DNA of 64,000 nt from Octopus sinensis (Eukaryota). Below are positions 36,705 through 50,540 of this stretch, in pieces. Position numbers and translations under genes: made by a program. The notes beneath the pieces are model-generated. The model ran no database searches, was not told where the DNA came from, and worked only from the letters and a program-made list of their open reading frames with translations. The DNA lies in assembly GCF_006345805.1 (NCBI RefSeq), contig NC_043005.1, positions 20,274,001 through 20,338,000 on the forward strand. Direction: 5' to 3'. Position 1 is the stretch's first letter; every line of letters starts with the position of its first letter.

Positions 36705-39699
36705 ATCTAATGTGTCTTAAAAAAAAAAATGGTTGAGTGTAACAAAAAGGAGATTTAGTCTGAAAACAGACAAAATGAAATGTTCACGTTTGGATCTCTC
36801 AACAGAGGCTTGATCAGTTCGGTTGGAACATCTTTCGAAAGACGTATTCGCGTGCTCATATTCCTGTGTGTAAGCGCAAACAAAAACCCATGCAGGCAAA
36901 AAAAAATACGACCAATTCTTTTACCAAATTTGAACATTTTCTGTTTTGGAGCACAAAATCTATGGGAAACTTCAATATTGATAGCTGTTCACGTGTAATA
37001 CATATCACACACACACACACATATATATATTGATCGGCTTAATCGGGATTAACAAGATGGGTTTTAACTAGATTTCAAATAATTTTTTTCCATAAAATAG
37101 ACACGAAAATTAGGGTCGTAATCTCTGCCTTATCCCCCTTTACAGCTGCACTCTCTAGCAAATGGTGAGCACATGCTCTGGCGTAAGGATTTTACTGAAA
37201 CCACTTACACTTATATTACAAAGTTAACTTTGAGCTGCTATAGAAAGTTCACTCTGAGGTGAGGCTTGTAATTACATTAAATTAACGACTGATTACTTTC
37301 TATTTTCAAACTGTTTCAATCTTCATTTATACCTGCTCTATTGTTACGTTTCATTTTCTTTCTTACACGCACACACATCGTTCCGACTGGTTCCCCTCCC
37401 ACTCCTGTCAGTTGTCAGTTTCGAAGCAAAATTAACACGGTTTTGAGAAGACTCTAACCGCAATTAGCAACCGATTCATTTCGGTTGTTATGTTTAAACT
37501 TTGCAGCAAATAAAATGTTATTATTAGTCGTCGTTGTAGAAATAGTAAATCGTTTGACTGAATGTTTTAAGCAACGGTCCTCTGAATTCGAAGTCTTCCT
37601 TTCGCCCGTTTGACGTGGATGAAATTAACCACCAACATACCTGAAGTCCATTCAGTCGTTTAGGACCCTGAACTACATCAGTTGACTTAATGCTTAACTA
37701 TAAAACCATTCACACATATATATATATATATACATACATACATACAATCACACACACATACACACACACACATATATATTTATATATATATAAAATTCGG
37801 TATATAAAATCTGTACACTACTTCAAACAATCTATACATTTGTATATATACAATTTCCTTTTAGAACTATTCCACTTTATAAACACTGTCAAAGTGTTTA
37901 TGAAACTCTGAGATATCACGTTTTCCCGTTTAATGCTTAAATTATCACTTCTTGAGAAGACACTGATATAGCAGAAATTGTAGTTGTCTGACAGAATGCC
38001 TTGCGGTATTTAGTTGCAACTCTCTATGTGATAAGTTCCAATCCCATTGAAATTGACTTTGTCTTTCATCTTCCGGTATCGATAAAATTAAGTATTAGTT
38101 ATTGTTCTTTAGCCTTAGTCCACTCCAGTCGAGCAGATCTATAGTGAAAAGTGGTCTAGCCATGACAGTCCGCTGTCTTACTTATTTAGGACTACCTTGT
38201 CATATGTGTTCTTCAATTTTCAGGACGGTAGGATGTAATTTGACTGCTATTTCTAACACCTCGAGTGACCATTTGAGGCTTTTTTCGTAAACATGAAGTC
38301 AATCTAATAAACTATATCCACCCATCAAACGCACTGCGCTCATACTAAAAAGCAATTTTATGTTGTCGTAGAAATGGCAGTGCATTAGCAGAATGGTAAG
38401 AGCTTTCGGACAAAATTCCTTTCTAATCTGAGGTCAATTCATCATTTATCCTCTGAGGTCGATAAAATAAGGTACTGGGGTTGATTTAATCGACTACGTA
38501 CACCTCAATTAATTTCAGGACTTGTGCCTATATTAGTCTCTATTCGTAAAAACATTGTTGGCTTTTTGCCTAAATTAAAACGTCTATTATTTTTAATAGT
38601 AGTTTTGATAAATTATCCACTTCTTTATTTTAATACATGTTATATCAATCACATGCTCTGTTACACGACAGAGACGGCATGTTGGTTTCAGTTCCTACCC
38701 TAAATTTGGTAGTTCTCCCAATTTTCGGTTAATCGCCTATTTTTATCTCTCTGCCACTGCTCCCCCCCTCTCTCTCTCTATATATATATATTTATATATA
38801 TATATATGTATGTACACACACACAATACGTGTGTACGCTCAAATATATATTATTTTTTTTTGTTTCGCTTTGGTCAATTATATTTGGCCCTAGTACTTAT
38901 TTCAGATTGGCATTTATTCTATGTATTTCTATTTTATGAACAAATAAATTGTTGTAAAAAGACATGACATACATTCACCACACATATACCAATACGATGA
39001 GTTTCTGCCTAGTTTCTGTATACCAAATTTTCCTCAACACTATCTTGATTAACCCAAAGCTAAAGTTATGTCTCAATGAAATCGAACCCAGAACCACATG
39101 GGTGTGAAGTAAGCTTGTTAACCACTCAACCATGGTCTATGAAAATATATGAATGTAATATTGTCCAGACTAAATGCTTGGCAGCTTTAATTCTTTTGGG
39201 GTTGATGAAATAAGTTGTACCAGTTGTGCACTGAGGTTGATGTGATTGACTATCCCACCTTCCCAAAATTTCAGGCCTTGTGCCTATTGCAGAAAGGATT
39301 ATATTTGGTTGTTGGTATGGCCAAGTGGTTAAGAAGTTCACGTTGCAGTTGTGAGAAAGGTATAACATTGTCATAAACTGTGCTACCCTGGTTCTGTAGT
39401 AAGAGCACATTTGTCTAGAATGCTTAGCCACTTGTTAAATCAGGAGCTGGTTATTCTGTTGGTTAAGTGACTGAATTCTCTTTGTTAAAGTATGGAAGTC
39501 CATCCCAGGAAGCTGTTGGACGAAGTGGTGAGAAAAGATCTTACAGAGGTTGAGACTCACAGAGGGGATGACAGGGGACCAAGACTCCTGGCAGTTTCCT
39601 TTGCTTGAAAATACACATCAAGTTAAGTAAAGGTGTGATTAGGTTCATCCCTTACAACCCTCTCTAGCTGAGCATCCTTAATCTTGCAGGCTTGTAGGT

Positions 39700-40085
39700 G
39701 CTGGTGCAACATAAAAAAGTACCCATGCCGGTGATATGTAAAAACACTCAGTACACTCTCTAAAGTGGTTGGCATTAGGAAAGGTATCCAGCCAGAGAAA
39801 CCTTGTCAAAACAGACGGGCACTGAACAGCTCTTCAGCTGGTCAGCTCCTGTGAAACCGTCCAACTCATACCAGCATGGAAAATGGACGTCAAATGATGA
39901 TGACGATGATATGTATATTGATATATATATACGGAGTGGTTGGCGTTAGGAAGGGCATCCAGCTGTAGAAACACTGCCAGATCTGACTGGAGCCTGGTGC
40001 AGCCTCGTGGCTTCCCAGACTCCGGTCGAACAGTCCAACCCATGCTAGCATGGAAAGTGGACGTTAAACAATGATGATGATGATA
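39700..40085 (+). mobile_element. Two tandem SINE/RTE-tail elements
   Basis: Two successive gtggttggc.ttagga.agg..tccag...ccaac.cat.c.agcatggaaa.tggacgt.aaa.atgatga units. Confidence 0.75.
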
Positions 40086-40863
40086 TATATATATTATGGA
40101 GATGTACTTGCATAGCAAGTGACCTAATCTGAGATCGTGTGCTGAAACAAAAGCAATTGCAGCATGGAAGGTGTTTATAAGCCATTTAAAAACACACAAA
40201 AATCGTTAGATTCACTTCAAGCATGGAATTTTGTCAGTGAACAGGTCATGGTCTCAAAGTGACAAAAATATTTTGGCAAATTAAATTTAAATGTTGAAGT
40301 AAATCTAACAGTTTTTGTTTTTTTTAATGGCTTATAAACACCTTCCACACTGCGACATACATACATACATATATATGTGTGTGTTTTTATATATATTGTA
40401 TGTATGTACACACACACATCTAATTATATATTATTGGATGGATAACATTTGTAATATAAATTATATAAGACATATATTTACTGTCATCATTATCATCATA
40501 CTTGTGCCTTTCTGTGGTGGCATGTGTTGGACAGATCTTCTCTAACTGGGCATCTTGTCACATGTTGCAGTCACTTATCATCCCCCTGGTCAGTTTTAGC
40601 ATTCTAAGATCATCTTTCATTACCCTTTCCCATGTCATCCTCAATCTTTGTCTTCTATGGACACCTACTTGAATTATTTTGGCCCCTTTTCACCCAACTG
40701 TCATGTTTCACATGTATATACCTGTGCAGCCTTCTCTCTTGCACAACACAACTGATTCCTCTAAATATAGAAATATATTTGTCTCTTTCAGGTGTCTTAG
40801 AGTTTGTTGAACTTTTGTCTGAAGAATAACTGCAAGGAAACAGAAAGAAAGAAATTAACCAAA

Positions 40864-41097
40864 ATGTTTGAAGACTGGGACTGGAATGAGATGGTAGGGA
40901 GATTGATCAGGTGGGCTGCAACAAGCCCCTGGGAATTCATCTACTACGTGCTCTTGTGTTTGTCTCCGTTTTTCTTTGTCAGTGCCATCTTGGCATGGCA
41001 GCTTGCCAAACAAATAGAACACAAGGAAAAGAGAAAGAAGAAGACAAATAAAAAAGAGTCTAATGTTGCAAAGACTCGACGACAAAAAGCTGACTGA
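40864..41097 (+). CDS. SMIM15: Small integral membrane protein 15 (77 aa), single coding exon; exon starts at 40792
   Basis: MFEDWDWNEMVGRLIRWAATSPWEFIYYVLLCLSPFFFVSAILAWQLAKQIEHKEKRKKKTNKKESNVAKTRRQKAD matches the SMIM15 pattern (WAAxDPxxF...LTPLF..SA.L.W.LAK.IE..EK..KKK...N.AK..R.K.D). Acceptor tttcAG at 40790-40791; AATAAA at 41320. Confidence 0.93.
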   Translation: MFEDWDWNEMVGRLIRWAATSPWEFIYYVLLCLSPFFFVSAILAWQLAKQIEHKEKRKKKTNKKESNVAKTRRQKAD

Positions 41098-41154
41098 ACC
41101 TCCCAAAGCACCACCCACACTCCCACACGCCTACAAATATAAGTTTTTGTAAAT

Positions 41155-41198
<44 letters not shown>

Positions 41199-41745
41199 CA
41201 CATACATTAAATGCTTAATAATTATTTAAATATATATATGATATATGTGTGTATATACAGATACATATGTAAGTTATAATGTTTAATATTATACATGCAT
41301 GTATATATATATATATATGAATAAAAGTTTTTGTGAAATAGGGAGGTATCTTTTATTTATAAACAGATTTGGAAAGTTTGGATTTTCCTAAGGAAAGGAG
41401 ATAGAATATTGCTCAACTCCTTTTATTTTGTTCTTTATGTTGTTGTCTAGTGTTGGAAAATTCAGACTTTTTATATGTGTATATAAATAAATGAAGAAGA
41501 GATATCTCCATTACATCTAATTTTTCTATCAATTTTTTGAAACATTGTAGTGCACCTGAGCACTATATACAATAAGATCATGATATACAAATACACACAT
41601 GCAAGCAAGCACACACACACACACATAATAGATGGATTATCCTTCTGTTACATTACAGCTAAAAGATTCACCATTTGCAGATCATCTGATAATGAACCAA
41701 ATCCATTTTTTCTATGTTCAATGCTCAAATGTGTATGTTTGTGTT

Positions 41746-41780
<35 letters not shown>

Positions 41781-42366
41781 CTTGTGCTTGGTACATGTCA
41801 AGGCTCTGTCCAGGAGTTACAAATCTCAAATCAAGAATGCTGATCTATCAGGAGACAATTGGAATAATGGTGAGACTGGGCATCAGTATGGTCGAGCCTT
41901 TGCAGAAGCTTAAAAACCAATAATTTGTCTCAGTCTATTCAGAAACTCAACAGCAATAGCACAAAATACACAGCAAACAAACAACTAGAAATCAAGAAAT
42001 TATTTGTTGTATGTGTCCTCGTTACCATTTTCAGCACCGTGCATGCATGTGTCTAAATATGTATGTGCAATATGTATATATGTAATGTATGTATGCATAA
42101 TATTTATGTTTACATGTCATATATATTATTGATGCATGCTAATATATTGGTTTTAACAAATGGGAAAAGAAAAATTCTCAGTACTTGAGTAGAATGTAAC
42201 AGTATATTACTTAGGATGATCCAATGGCCTGTTTCTCTAGAATTACCTTAACTGTAGCCAGTTCCTCTGATAGTTGTAGAATGATTCAGTCTTTTATCTG
42301 TTGAAGAAACTGGCTACATATTGGATATACTCCAGGGCAATGAGTAACTGGATCAGTGTAAATAAG

Positions 42367-42400
<34 letters not shown>

Positions 42401-42899
42401 TGTGGTTAAGTTAAATTTAAGCCTTCTCTATATGTACAAACTTATGTAAAGAACTACTGAAATCTTGTTTATGTCTCAATTATATCTGAAACAAATTTCA
42501 TGGATGCATCTCTTTTATATGATATATTAAATGTTTTTTTTTTATTGTGAGAGTGATGGGGGAGGGGGCCTTTGTTAACTCCCCCACCTTAGCTTACCTT
42601 TCCTCATATTGAAAGTCAACTTCTGCAAAGCTGTCCAATGAGTTTTGAAGATACGGCGTTTCTTTCCTTGATCTTTTGGATTTTATTTTTAATACTGACC
42701 TGCTGGCCAAGCAAACTAGATTAATTTATTGATTGGTTAAAACTGTTTCACCTGTGACTTATGTTTTTTTCATCATCATCCCCATCATTTTAACTTAAGG
42801 TTGGTGAAGTATGCACCAGTCAAGTACTGGGTTATTTAATTTGCCACCTTGTGCCTACATTAGAAAAAATTATTGTTATTATTATTATTATTATTACTA

Positions 42900-43690
42900 C
42901 TAAGGTGGCGAGGTGGCAGAGTTGTTAGCATGCTGGGTGAAATGCTTATCAGTATTTCGTCTCCTGCAACATTCTGAGTTCAAATTCTGCCAAGGTCGAC
43001 TTTGCCTTTCATCCTTTCAGGGTTGATAAAGTAAGGACCAGTGGAGTATTGGGATCAATGTAATCTATTAGTCTCCTCCCCCAAAATTTCAGGCCTCATG
43101 CCTTTAGTAGAAACAATTATTATTATTATTATTATTATTATTAAGGTGGTAAGCTGGTAGAATCATTTGTGTATTGGATAAAATGTTAAGTGGCATTTCT
43201 TCCAGTTTTTATGTTCAGGGTTCATCCTTTCAGGGTTAATAAAATAAGTACCTGTTGAACAATGTGGTTGATGTCATCAATTAAACCCCTCCCCCAAAAT
43301 TGCTGGTCTTGTGCCATAATTTGAAATTACTACTACTACTACTACAGCGGTGAGCTGGCAGAACATGCCGGGCGAAATGCTTAGCAGTGTTTTGTCTGCC
43401 ATTACGTTCTGAGTTCAAATTCTGCCGAGGTCGACTTTGCCTTTCATCCTTTCGGGTTCAATAAATTAAGTACCAGTTACGCACTGGGGTCGATGTAATT
43501 GACTTAATCCATTTGTCTGTCCTTGTTTGTCCTCTCTGTGTTTAGCCCCTTGTGGGTAGTAAAGAAATAGGTATTTTGTCTGCTGCTATGTTCTGAATTT
43601 AAATTGTGCCATGGTTGACTTTGCCTTTCATCCTTTTGGGGTCGATTAAATAAGTACCAGTTACACACTGGGACCAATGTAATCAAGTTG
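42900..43690 (+). mobile_element. Cluster of SINE copies separated by (TAT)n/(TAC)n tails
   Basis: At least four successive copies of the 12243-type SINE. Confidence 0.8.
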
Positions 43691-45255
43691 TAGCAAAAAT
43701 TTGAACTCATTATTTGTGGGTTTCAAAATCAGTAGAGAACCAAACAAAATATATTATGGTAATTTTGTTGCATTTCTTTACATTCTGAAATTATGTCCCA
43801 CTAGTGCCAACATTGTCACGCTTGTAAACTCTATGGAACAAAGTACTTGTCAAGTACTGGGGTTGACTCTTGCTGCAAAATTTGTGGCCCCTAAACTAGA
43901 AATTAGTTTCTTCTTATAATTATTAAGGTGGCAGATTGACAGAATCATTAAAGTATTGAAAAGTATGCTTTGTGATATGTGTTCAGGGTCTTTACATTCT
44001 GGGTGCAAATACTGCTAAGGTCAGTGGTATTTGAACTCAGAGTCAATAAAATAAAGTACCAGTCTAGTAGAGGGTCTAGTGGCAGCCATTGAAGTCATCT
44101 AAACACTCACCAAAATTTCTTGCCTTTTGCCTGTATTCAAATAATTATTATTATTATTACTGTTGTTATAATAGTAAGGGTGGTAGAATCAGTAGAGCAA
44201 CAATTAAATATTTTGCAGTATTTAGTTGCATACCTTTACATTCTTAGTTCAAATTCCACCAGAAGACTACAAAGCTTTTCATTCTTCCAGATTTCTAATA
44301 TATAATACCAGTCAAGTATTGGAGTCAGTAATATGATCATGTCTTCTCTCAAAATTAATGCGATCCTTCTCTGCTAAAAATCACAAAAAGTAGAGAATGT
44401 AATAACTGAAGTTGTTAGAACTATGTTATTATTTATTTTAACAGAAGGCAAGTTATGATAAATAATAATAGCATTGTAGATAATAATGAGTGTTATAATG
44501 CTAAGGCAAATAAATTATTTTATTTTATTAACAGTTCTAAAGTAGAATAACTTAGTTTGCTATGAGAATAAAAAAAAGTCTAATGTTTCAGGCTTAACTC
44601 TTCATTGGTGGAAGAGAGAGAAATATGTTATCACTGTTAGAAAACTTGCTTTGTTGAAGGATTATTCCTGAAAGGATAGACTTTGTCTATTCTTCACAAT
44701 AAATCATTTATTCTGTGTTCAAGCTATTTATACTTACTAACTACTCACACAAACCATCTCTAGTTTTCTCAGATCTTACTGTTTATTTTAATATGTTTTG
44801 AATCTGTCCATTTAACCCTTTTGATAACAACTTGTCTGAAACCAGCCTTGGCTGGAGGATATAAACTTCCTGTTTTGAAGTGATTTAAATTAAAACCTTC
44901 CTTCAAAATTTCATGTTAATTTGTTGCAAACACCAGCTTAATAATTACAAAAATATTTTATTATATTCTACTTTATTTTCAAAATTAATTGAAACTGAAA
45001 TACTGTATTTCAATACAAATTCTGCAATGAAAGGGTTATAGCAGTGTTTCTTAATCTTTTTTTTGTGACAGCCCCATTTCAGTTTCTCAGAAGATTTGCT
45101 TTCATTCCATTATATTAAGATAAAAAAAAACTGATGAGTTATTGATTAAGATTAGAGAAAGAGCTAGAAATGTGTTAAAAATCTTAATTACTAAATATAC
45201 TTGTCTGATAGACAATGGGAATCTTAGATTGAGAAACTTTTACTACCATTAATAA

Positions 45256-47515
45256 CACTGGTCAACAAAATTAAATGTATTATACTCATTATAAATGCAA
45301 ACCAACTTTTTTAGACTAATTTTTCATGTTGATTTCAAAATTTCACTCCATTTGTATGTAGCACATATCAGTTTTTCAGTAGATACATGAAAATATTTAC
45401 ATATTTGTATATATGAAATCATTAACATAATAAATAAGGACATATTCTTTTTAGAAAGCAAATGAGTTTATTGAGTTAAAAATCATATACCATTCTACAA
45501 AAAGTGAATATGCAAAAAATGTGTCAGACAAAACAACAAAGTTAGAATAACAGGATTAGAAAAACATTGTGATCTGGATTTCCTGCAGTGTTCCTGATTT
45601 GGTTGATCATAGTAAAGTGTCCAGCAGAAGTCAGCCAGCTTACTGTTATTCCAGATGCCTTGGTACCATTTCTCCATAACACTAATGTCCTGGTGAAATA
45701 TTTCCCCATATTCATCAAACACTGCTCCAATGTTAGCAGCGAAGAAATCCAGATGGAAGTCCAAGAAGTAAACTTTCAGGGACATGCGACAACCCATTGC
45801 TGAGTAACATTTCAGAAGATTCTTGATGCTATCCTTGTAGCCCATTCCTTCTTGTTGCCCAAGAAATTCTCACAGATTCAATTGAAAGCATTCCAGGCAG
45901 GCAGTTCCAGTTCATCCAGTGTTGTCTTGAAGTTGACATCATGGAGTACTTCTCTAATTTGGAGTCCAACAAAGATATCTTCTTTCAACTTCGTCTGTGA
46001 TTTTGGGAAATTTTTCTACAATATACTCAAACCCTCTGGCATTTCTCTTCCCTAGTGTCTTTACAAACAGTTTCTTCAGTCCAAGATTTATGTGCAAAGG
46101 AGGCAATAGGACATTACATGGATCTACAAGAGGTGTATTCTTGACGCTAGACAGTCCTGGCTGGTATGATGTTCTTGTCTGCTAGCTTGATTCTGAATAA
46201 TGTCTGTCAGTTGCTCAACTATCCTATGAAACCTGACTGCATTCCCATTAACATTCCAATGACTTAAATCTCCACATATTTTCCATGAGTATCTTTCAGA
46301 GGCAATGACGTGAAGTAAAAGTTCGATATTCTCAGGATTCAAAGTGTGCAAAGGGAATGGAAGGCTTCAAATTAATATTATGGAGAAGTACAGCATTTAA
46401 ACTTTGTTTTGAAGAGTCAATGAACAAATGCCACTCTGCAGGATCATGATTTTGTGATAAACATTCAAAAAGTCTATCGATGTTAGTGCAAAAGCAAAGT
46501 GGCCCTTCAACAGAAAAACATTTCTCTGCTGAAAATAAGTTATACGAACACTGTGCTCTAGCAGATACTTCTTTAGTCTTGCTGCCAACAGTTCTGCTTT
46601 ATCTTTTGAGAGGGATAGGTCTCTGACAAGGTAGTTCAGTTCAGCTTGGGAAAATTTCTGAGGTTCAAAGCTGTTGTCATCAGCCATATAATCTTCCTTG
46701 CAGCACTATCGTGACAGCATCATCATCTGGTGGAACTGGAATTGGCAGACTTCCATTGTGAGGTCTCATTGCAGAATCCCAATTTGGATACACAATTTTT
46801 TGTATTTATTCCTCATAGAAAATCCTGTAGCATTTACTTTGCAAAAATAACAGTCATTAAAATGGTCTTTTGGCTCCCTCCATATCATTGGAATGGCAAA
46901 ATGCATGGACTTCTTATTGAACCAGTCATGTAAGCCATTTGAGCAAGCTGAGCAGATAAAATGTGGTGCCCATAAATTGTCCTGATCTCCAAGAAGATAG
47001 TCAAAGTATAGCTTATAAATCTTCTTGTTATTGTACGTTTTTGAGCTTTGACAATAAATTGTCCACAGACAATAAAACACATCAGGACGATTTCTACACT
47101 GTCTTCCCATTGTTAACACTGCAAAACAAGTAAGGAAATCGATACAAACAGTTATACTGAATTTGAGATGATGAGATATTTCATCAGACCAAATATGACT
47201 AGACAATTTGAGATGTTGAAATACCTATTTCATCAGACAAAACAGGGTTAGTTAATTTAAGATGATGAAATATTGCATCTGAACAATGCAGCAATGAATA
47301 ATGTAATTTATTTTAAAGGTATGTTTCCATATGAAATACATGCCTACGCATTAATTGTAATTTCTATATAATGCATGAGCTAAAACCATAAAACTTTCAC
47401 ATCTTGAAAACTGTACGTGATATCAAAAAACTAATTGCATATTTGAAATCAGCATTAAAAACTACACTAAGTACATGTTGATATATGCTTGATAAAAAAT
47501 ACTTGTTGACCAGTG
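45256..47515 (-). mobile_element. Full-length Chapaev3-type (CMC superfamily) DNA transposon, inactivated
   Basis: 13-bp TIR CACTGGTCAACAA at both ends with 3-bp TAA TSDs (45253-55, 47516-18). Transposase fragments: CRNRPDVF, LGDQDNLWAPHFICSAC, PMIWREPKDHFNDCYFC, FSQAELNYLVRDLSLSKDKAELLAARL, WKICGDL, FHQDISVMEKWYQG. Confidence 0.9.
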
Positions 47516-48252
47516 TAATGGTTTCTAATTTAGGCAAATGCTGGCAATTTTAAAGGAAAGGCGTTAGTCAATACTTTAGACCCTAATGCTTGACTGGTAC
47601 TTTATTTTATCAACCCTGAAAGTCAATGATGACCTCATTAGGTTTTGAATTCAGAATGTAAAGAACTAGAAGGAATAACACGTTACATTTTTTCTGGTAA
47701 TCTAGTGATTCTGCTGACTCACCATGTTATTGCTACTGTTAATAACAACAACAATATTTAGGTGGTTTCACACCTTCCACTGCCCAAGTAATTCCTTCAA
47801 ATCAGAACCAAGGACCACCCTTATAATGTGGGAAAACGGATTTAAATGGTAAAAAAAATTTTTTTTGAATATAATTTTATTATATTTCTTTTTTATGATA
47901 ATAATGATAACAAATGTTTTGTTGATAAAATAATGGTTTATGGGAACATCCTATGCGGTCAATTGTATAAGGAGTGAAAATAAATTCTCTTTAAACATTT
48001 ATTGTTTAAAAAATATGAACGTTATTCTGTATTATATTAAACAAAGCAAAAAAGGTAAAAATAAAACCCTTTGGTGTTTTGTGATATTTTCTTAAAAACC
48101 ATACAGTCCTCTCAGTGAAATGTTTTTCTTCTATAGAAACAGTAGCAGTTATGTTTGGTGTTACATCTTATTAAAATAGCTTCCAATACTGGACATATGT
48201 TGATGGTTTATGCTCTGTCTCATAAAAAAGCTACCTTGTTTGTGGTCTAGAC

Positions 48253-48426
48253 CAGTGTGCCGCAACATACTGGTGTGTTACAAGACGATGCTAGGTGTGC
48301 CACTGTGTAACCTGAATATAATTATTTTCCCCTATACTTTTAGTTATATTTTTAGTTCAGGTGTGCTGCTGAATTTTGAAAAGAATATAAGTGTATTGCA
48401 AGTGAAAAAAAGGTTGCTGAGCACTG
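48253..48426. mobile_element. hAT/Charlie MITE (174 bp)
   Basis: CAGTG...CACTG termini with a perfect 8-bp TSD GTCTAGAC (48245-52, 48427-34), matching the NTCTAGAN Charlie target. Confidence 0.85.
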
Positions 48427-50139
48427 GTCTAGACACTTAATATTCACTCACTCCTCCAAGATGTAAATAAATGCCAATGCTAGCATCATTACATTGCTAC
48501 TCTCAACCACCAGACGTTGCAAGTTGAGCCTCTACCAGATAATTTGTTTCTATGTTGGGTTATTTCATCTTACTATTTTAATCCCTTTTGGATTACAGGA
48601 ATTTCACTGAAGAGTTTGTTTTCATGGGTTAAGAAATTCAAATCACAACTATGTGGGTTCAGATTTGATCCCCATTGCACTGCATCTTGGTCCAATGTTT
48701 TCTGCTGGAGCCTCCAGTTGACCAATATCTTATTAAATTTAGCAGAGACAGAAACTGTGCAGAAACCTGCCATACACAAATTCACACACACACACACACG
48801 CATACTCTGCCTTGGGAGCGAATTTAGTAGATGGAAACTGTAGGAAGCCCAGAGTGTGTGTTTGTGTGAATATGCAAGAATTGATACTCAACAGTTTTAC
48901 TTTCACCACTTGAGTGGTTGCGCTACACTTTCGAAGAGCTGTGAAATAAAACAGCAAACAGGTAAGGGTTTATGACAAGAAGGGCTTCTGATTGTAAAAT
49001 GTTGTCATTCAACTGAAATCACCATAGTTAAATGAATGCACAAACTCTCTCTTGCACACACACATATTTACATATATGTGTATTGGGTGAATATATACTG
49101 ACTATGAAGATACGCCAATGTATCAAACGAAAATAGCTTGTTAGATTTGTTGCTAATCTGCTCCATTACAACCATTACCATCAACGTACAAGTGAATAGT
49201 CTGTTGGAAATCATCTATAATTAACGATGCTATTGTTCATAAAATGCATGATAGAAAAAAGACAGACTGATACCCTGCAGCTCTTTCCAAGCCTTATGCA
49301 TAGGGAATCTGAACTAAGCACTGCAAATTAAGAAAACAATTATTAGTTTAACCATCACATTGTACTACTCAACTTTACATATTTACAACCATGTTGAACA
49401 GTTTGACTGTTGTCATGGACACTGGCAGTACCAATGACAGCATATGAACAACAAACCTCAAGTTGTCATTTGGTGTCAAATTTACTTCCTGTCCTTGGTC
49501 TTAAACAGCAATAATCTTGCTACTTAAGGAAACTTTTGTAATTAATGCATTTCATTAACTTGCATGGCAGAGTTGTAGTTCTCTTTTTGAAATGAGATTG
49601 GCTATAAGTGAACCAGTCTCTAAGAGGTATTGGAATTTACAGGGTCATCAAAGAATTTCTAGCAACACCGTCGATGATGCAGGGGTGAAAAGAGCAGTGA
49701 CACCAAAACAAATTTCTTTCAAATTAGATTCTTACAGTCTTTAACAAAAAAAGGATGTTGGATAATGTTGCCTTCAGTACTCGCTGCTTGACAGAGTTAG
49801 GATCGTCATGGCTGGCTGGAATATTCATTAATGTAGCTTTATTGAATGAGGACCAACTTGGAGCTGAAGAACAGAAAAACTTATGCTTATATATTAAGTG
49901 GAGATGAAATGTGACATTGACAACTTAGCCAATCATATTTGTAACTTAAAGGGAGGTGACTGCGAAAAGCAATCAAGTTGATTGATTTCATGTGCTATAA
50001 GTTTAAGACCATTCTTAATGATTCTTAAAAAAAAAATATGCAGAATGTGAATAATAGTGTGTTGAGTATAAGTTTCAATAGGTCGTCTGTCACTGATTAA
50101 ATGCATTTCTTATGGTGAGAACAGCATTATTATTTCCAG

Positions 50140-50540
50140 TAGGTGCAGGAGTGGCCCTGTGGTAAGTAGCTTGCTAACCAACCACACGGTTCCGGGTTCA
50201 GTCCCACTGCGCGGCATCTTGGGCAAGTGTCTTCTGCTATAGCCCCGGGCCGACCAATGCCTTGTGAGTGGATTTGGTAGACGGAAACTGAAAGAAGCCT
50301 GTCGTATATATGCATATATATATATGTGTTTGTGTGTCTGTGTTTGTCCCCCTAGCATTGCTTGACAACCGATGCTGGTGTGTTTACGTCCCCGTCACTT
50401 AGCGGTTCGGCAAAAGAGACCGATAGAATAAGTACTAGGCTTACAAAGAATAAGTCCCGGGGTCGATTTGCTCGACTAAAGGCGGTGCTCCAGCATGGCC
50501 GCAGTCAAATGACTGAAACAAGTAAAAGAGTAAAGAGAGT
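50140..50540 (+). mobile_element. tRNA-derived SINE, full length
   Basis: ggagtggccctgtggtaagtagcttgct...gggttcagtccc head; gtcaaatgactgaaacaagtaaaagagtaaaagag tail. Confidence 0.85.

Noticed and set aside
37330-37620. Relatively CpG-rich unique sequence as candidate SMIM15 promoter or first exon
   Set aside because: Plausible because the coding exon begins with an acceptor, but no clear donor or TSS could be assigned.
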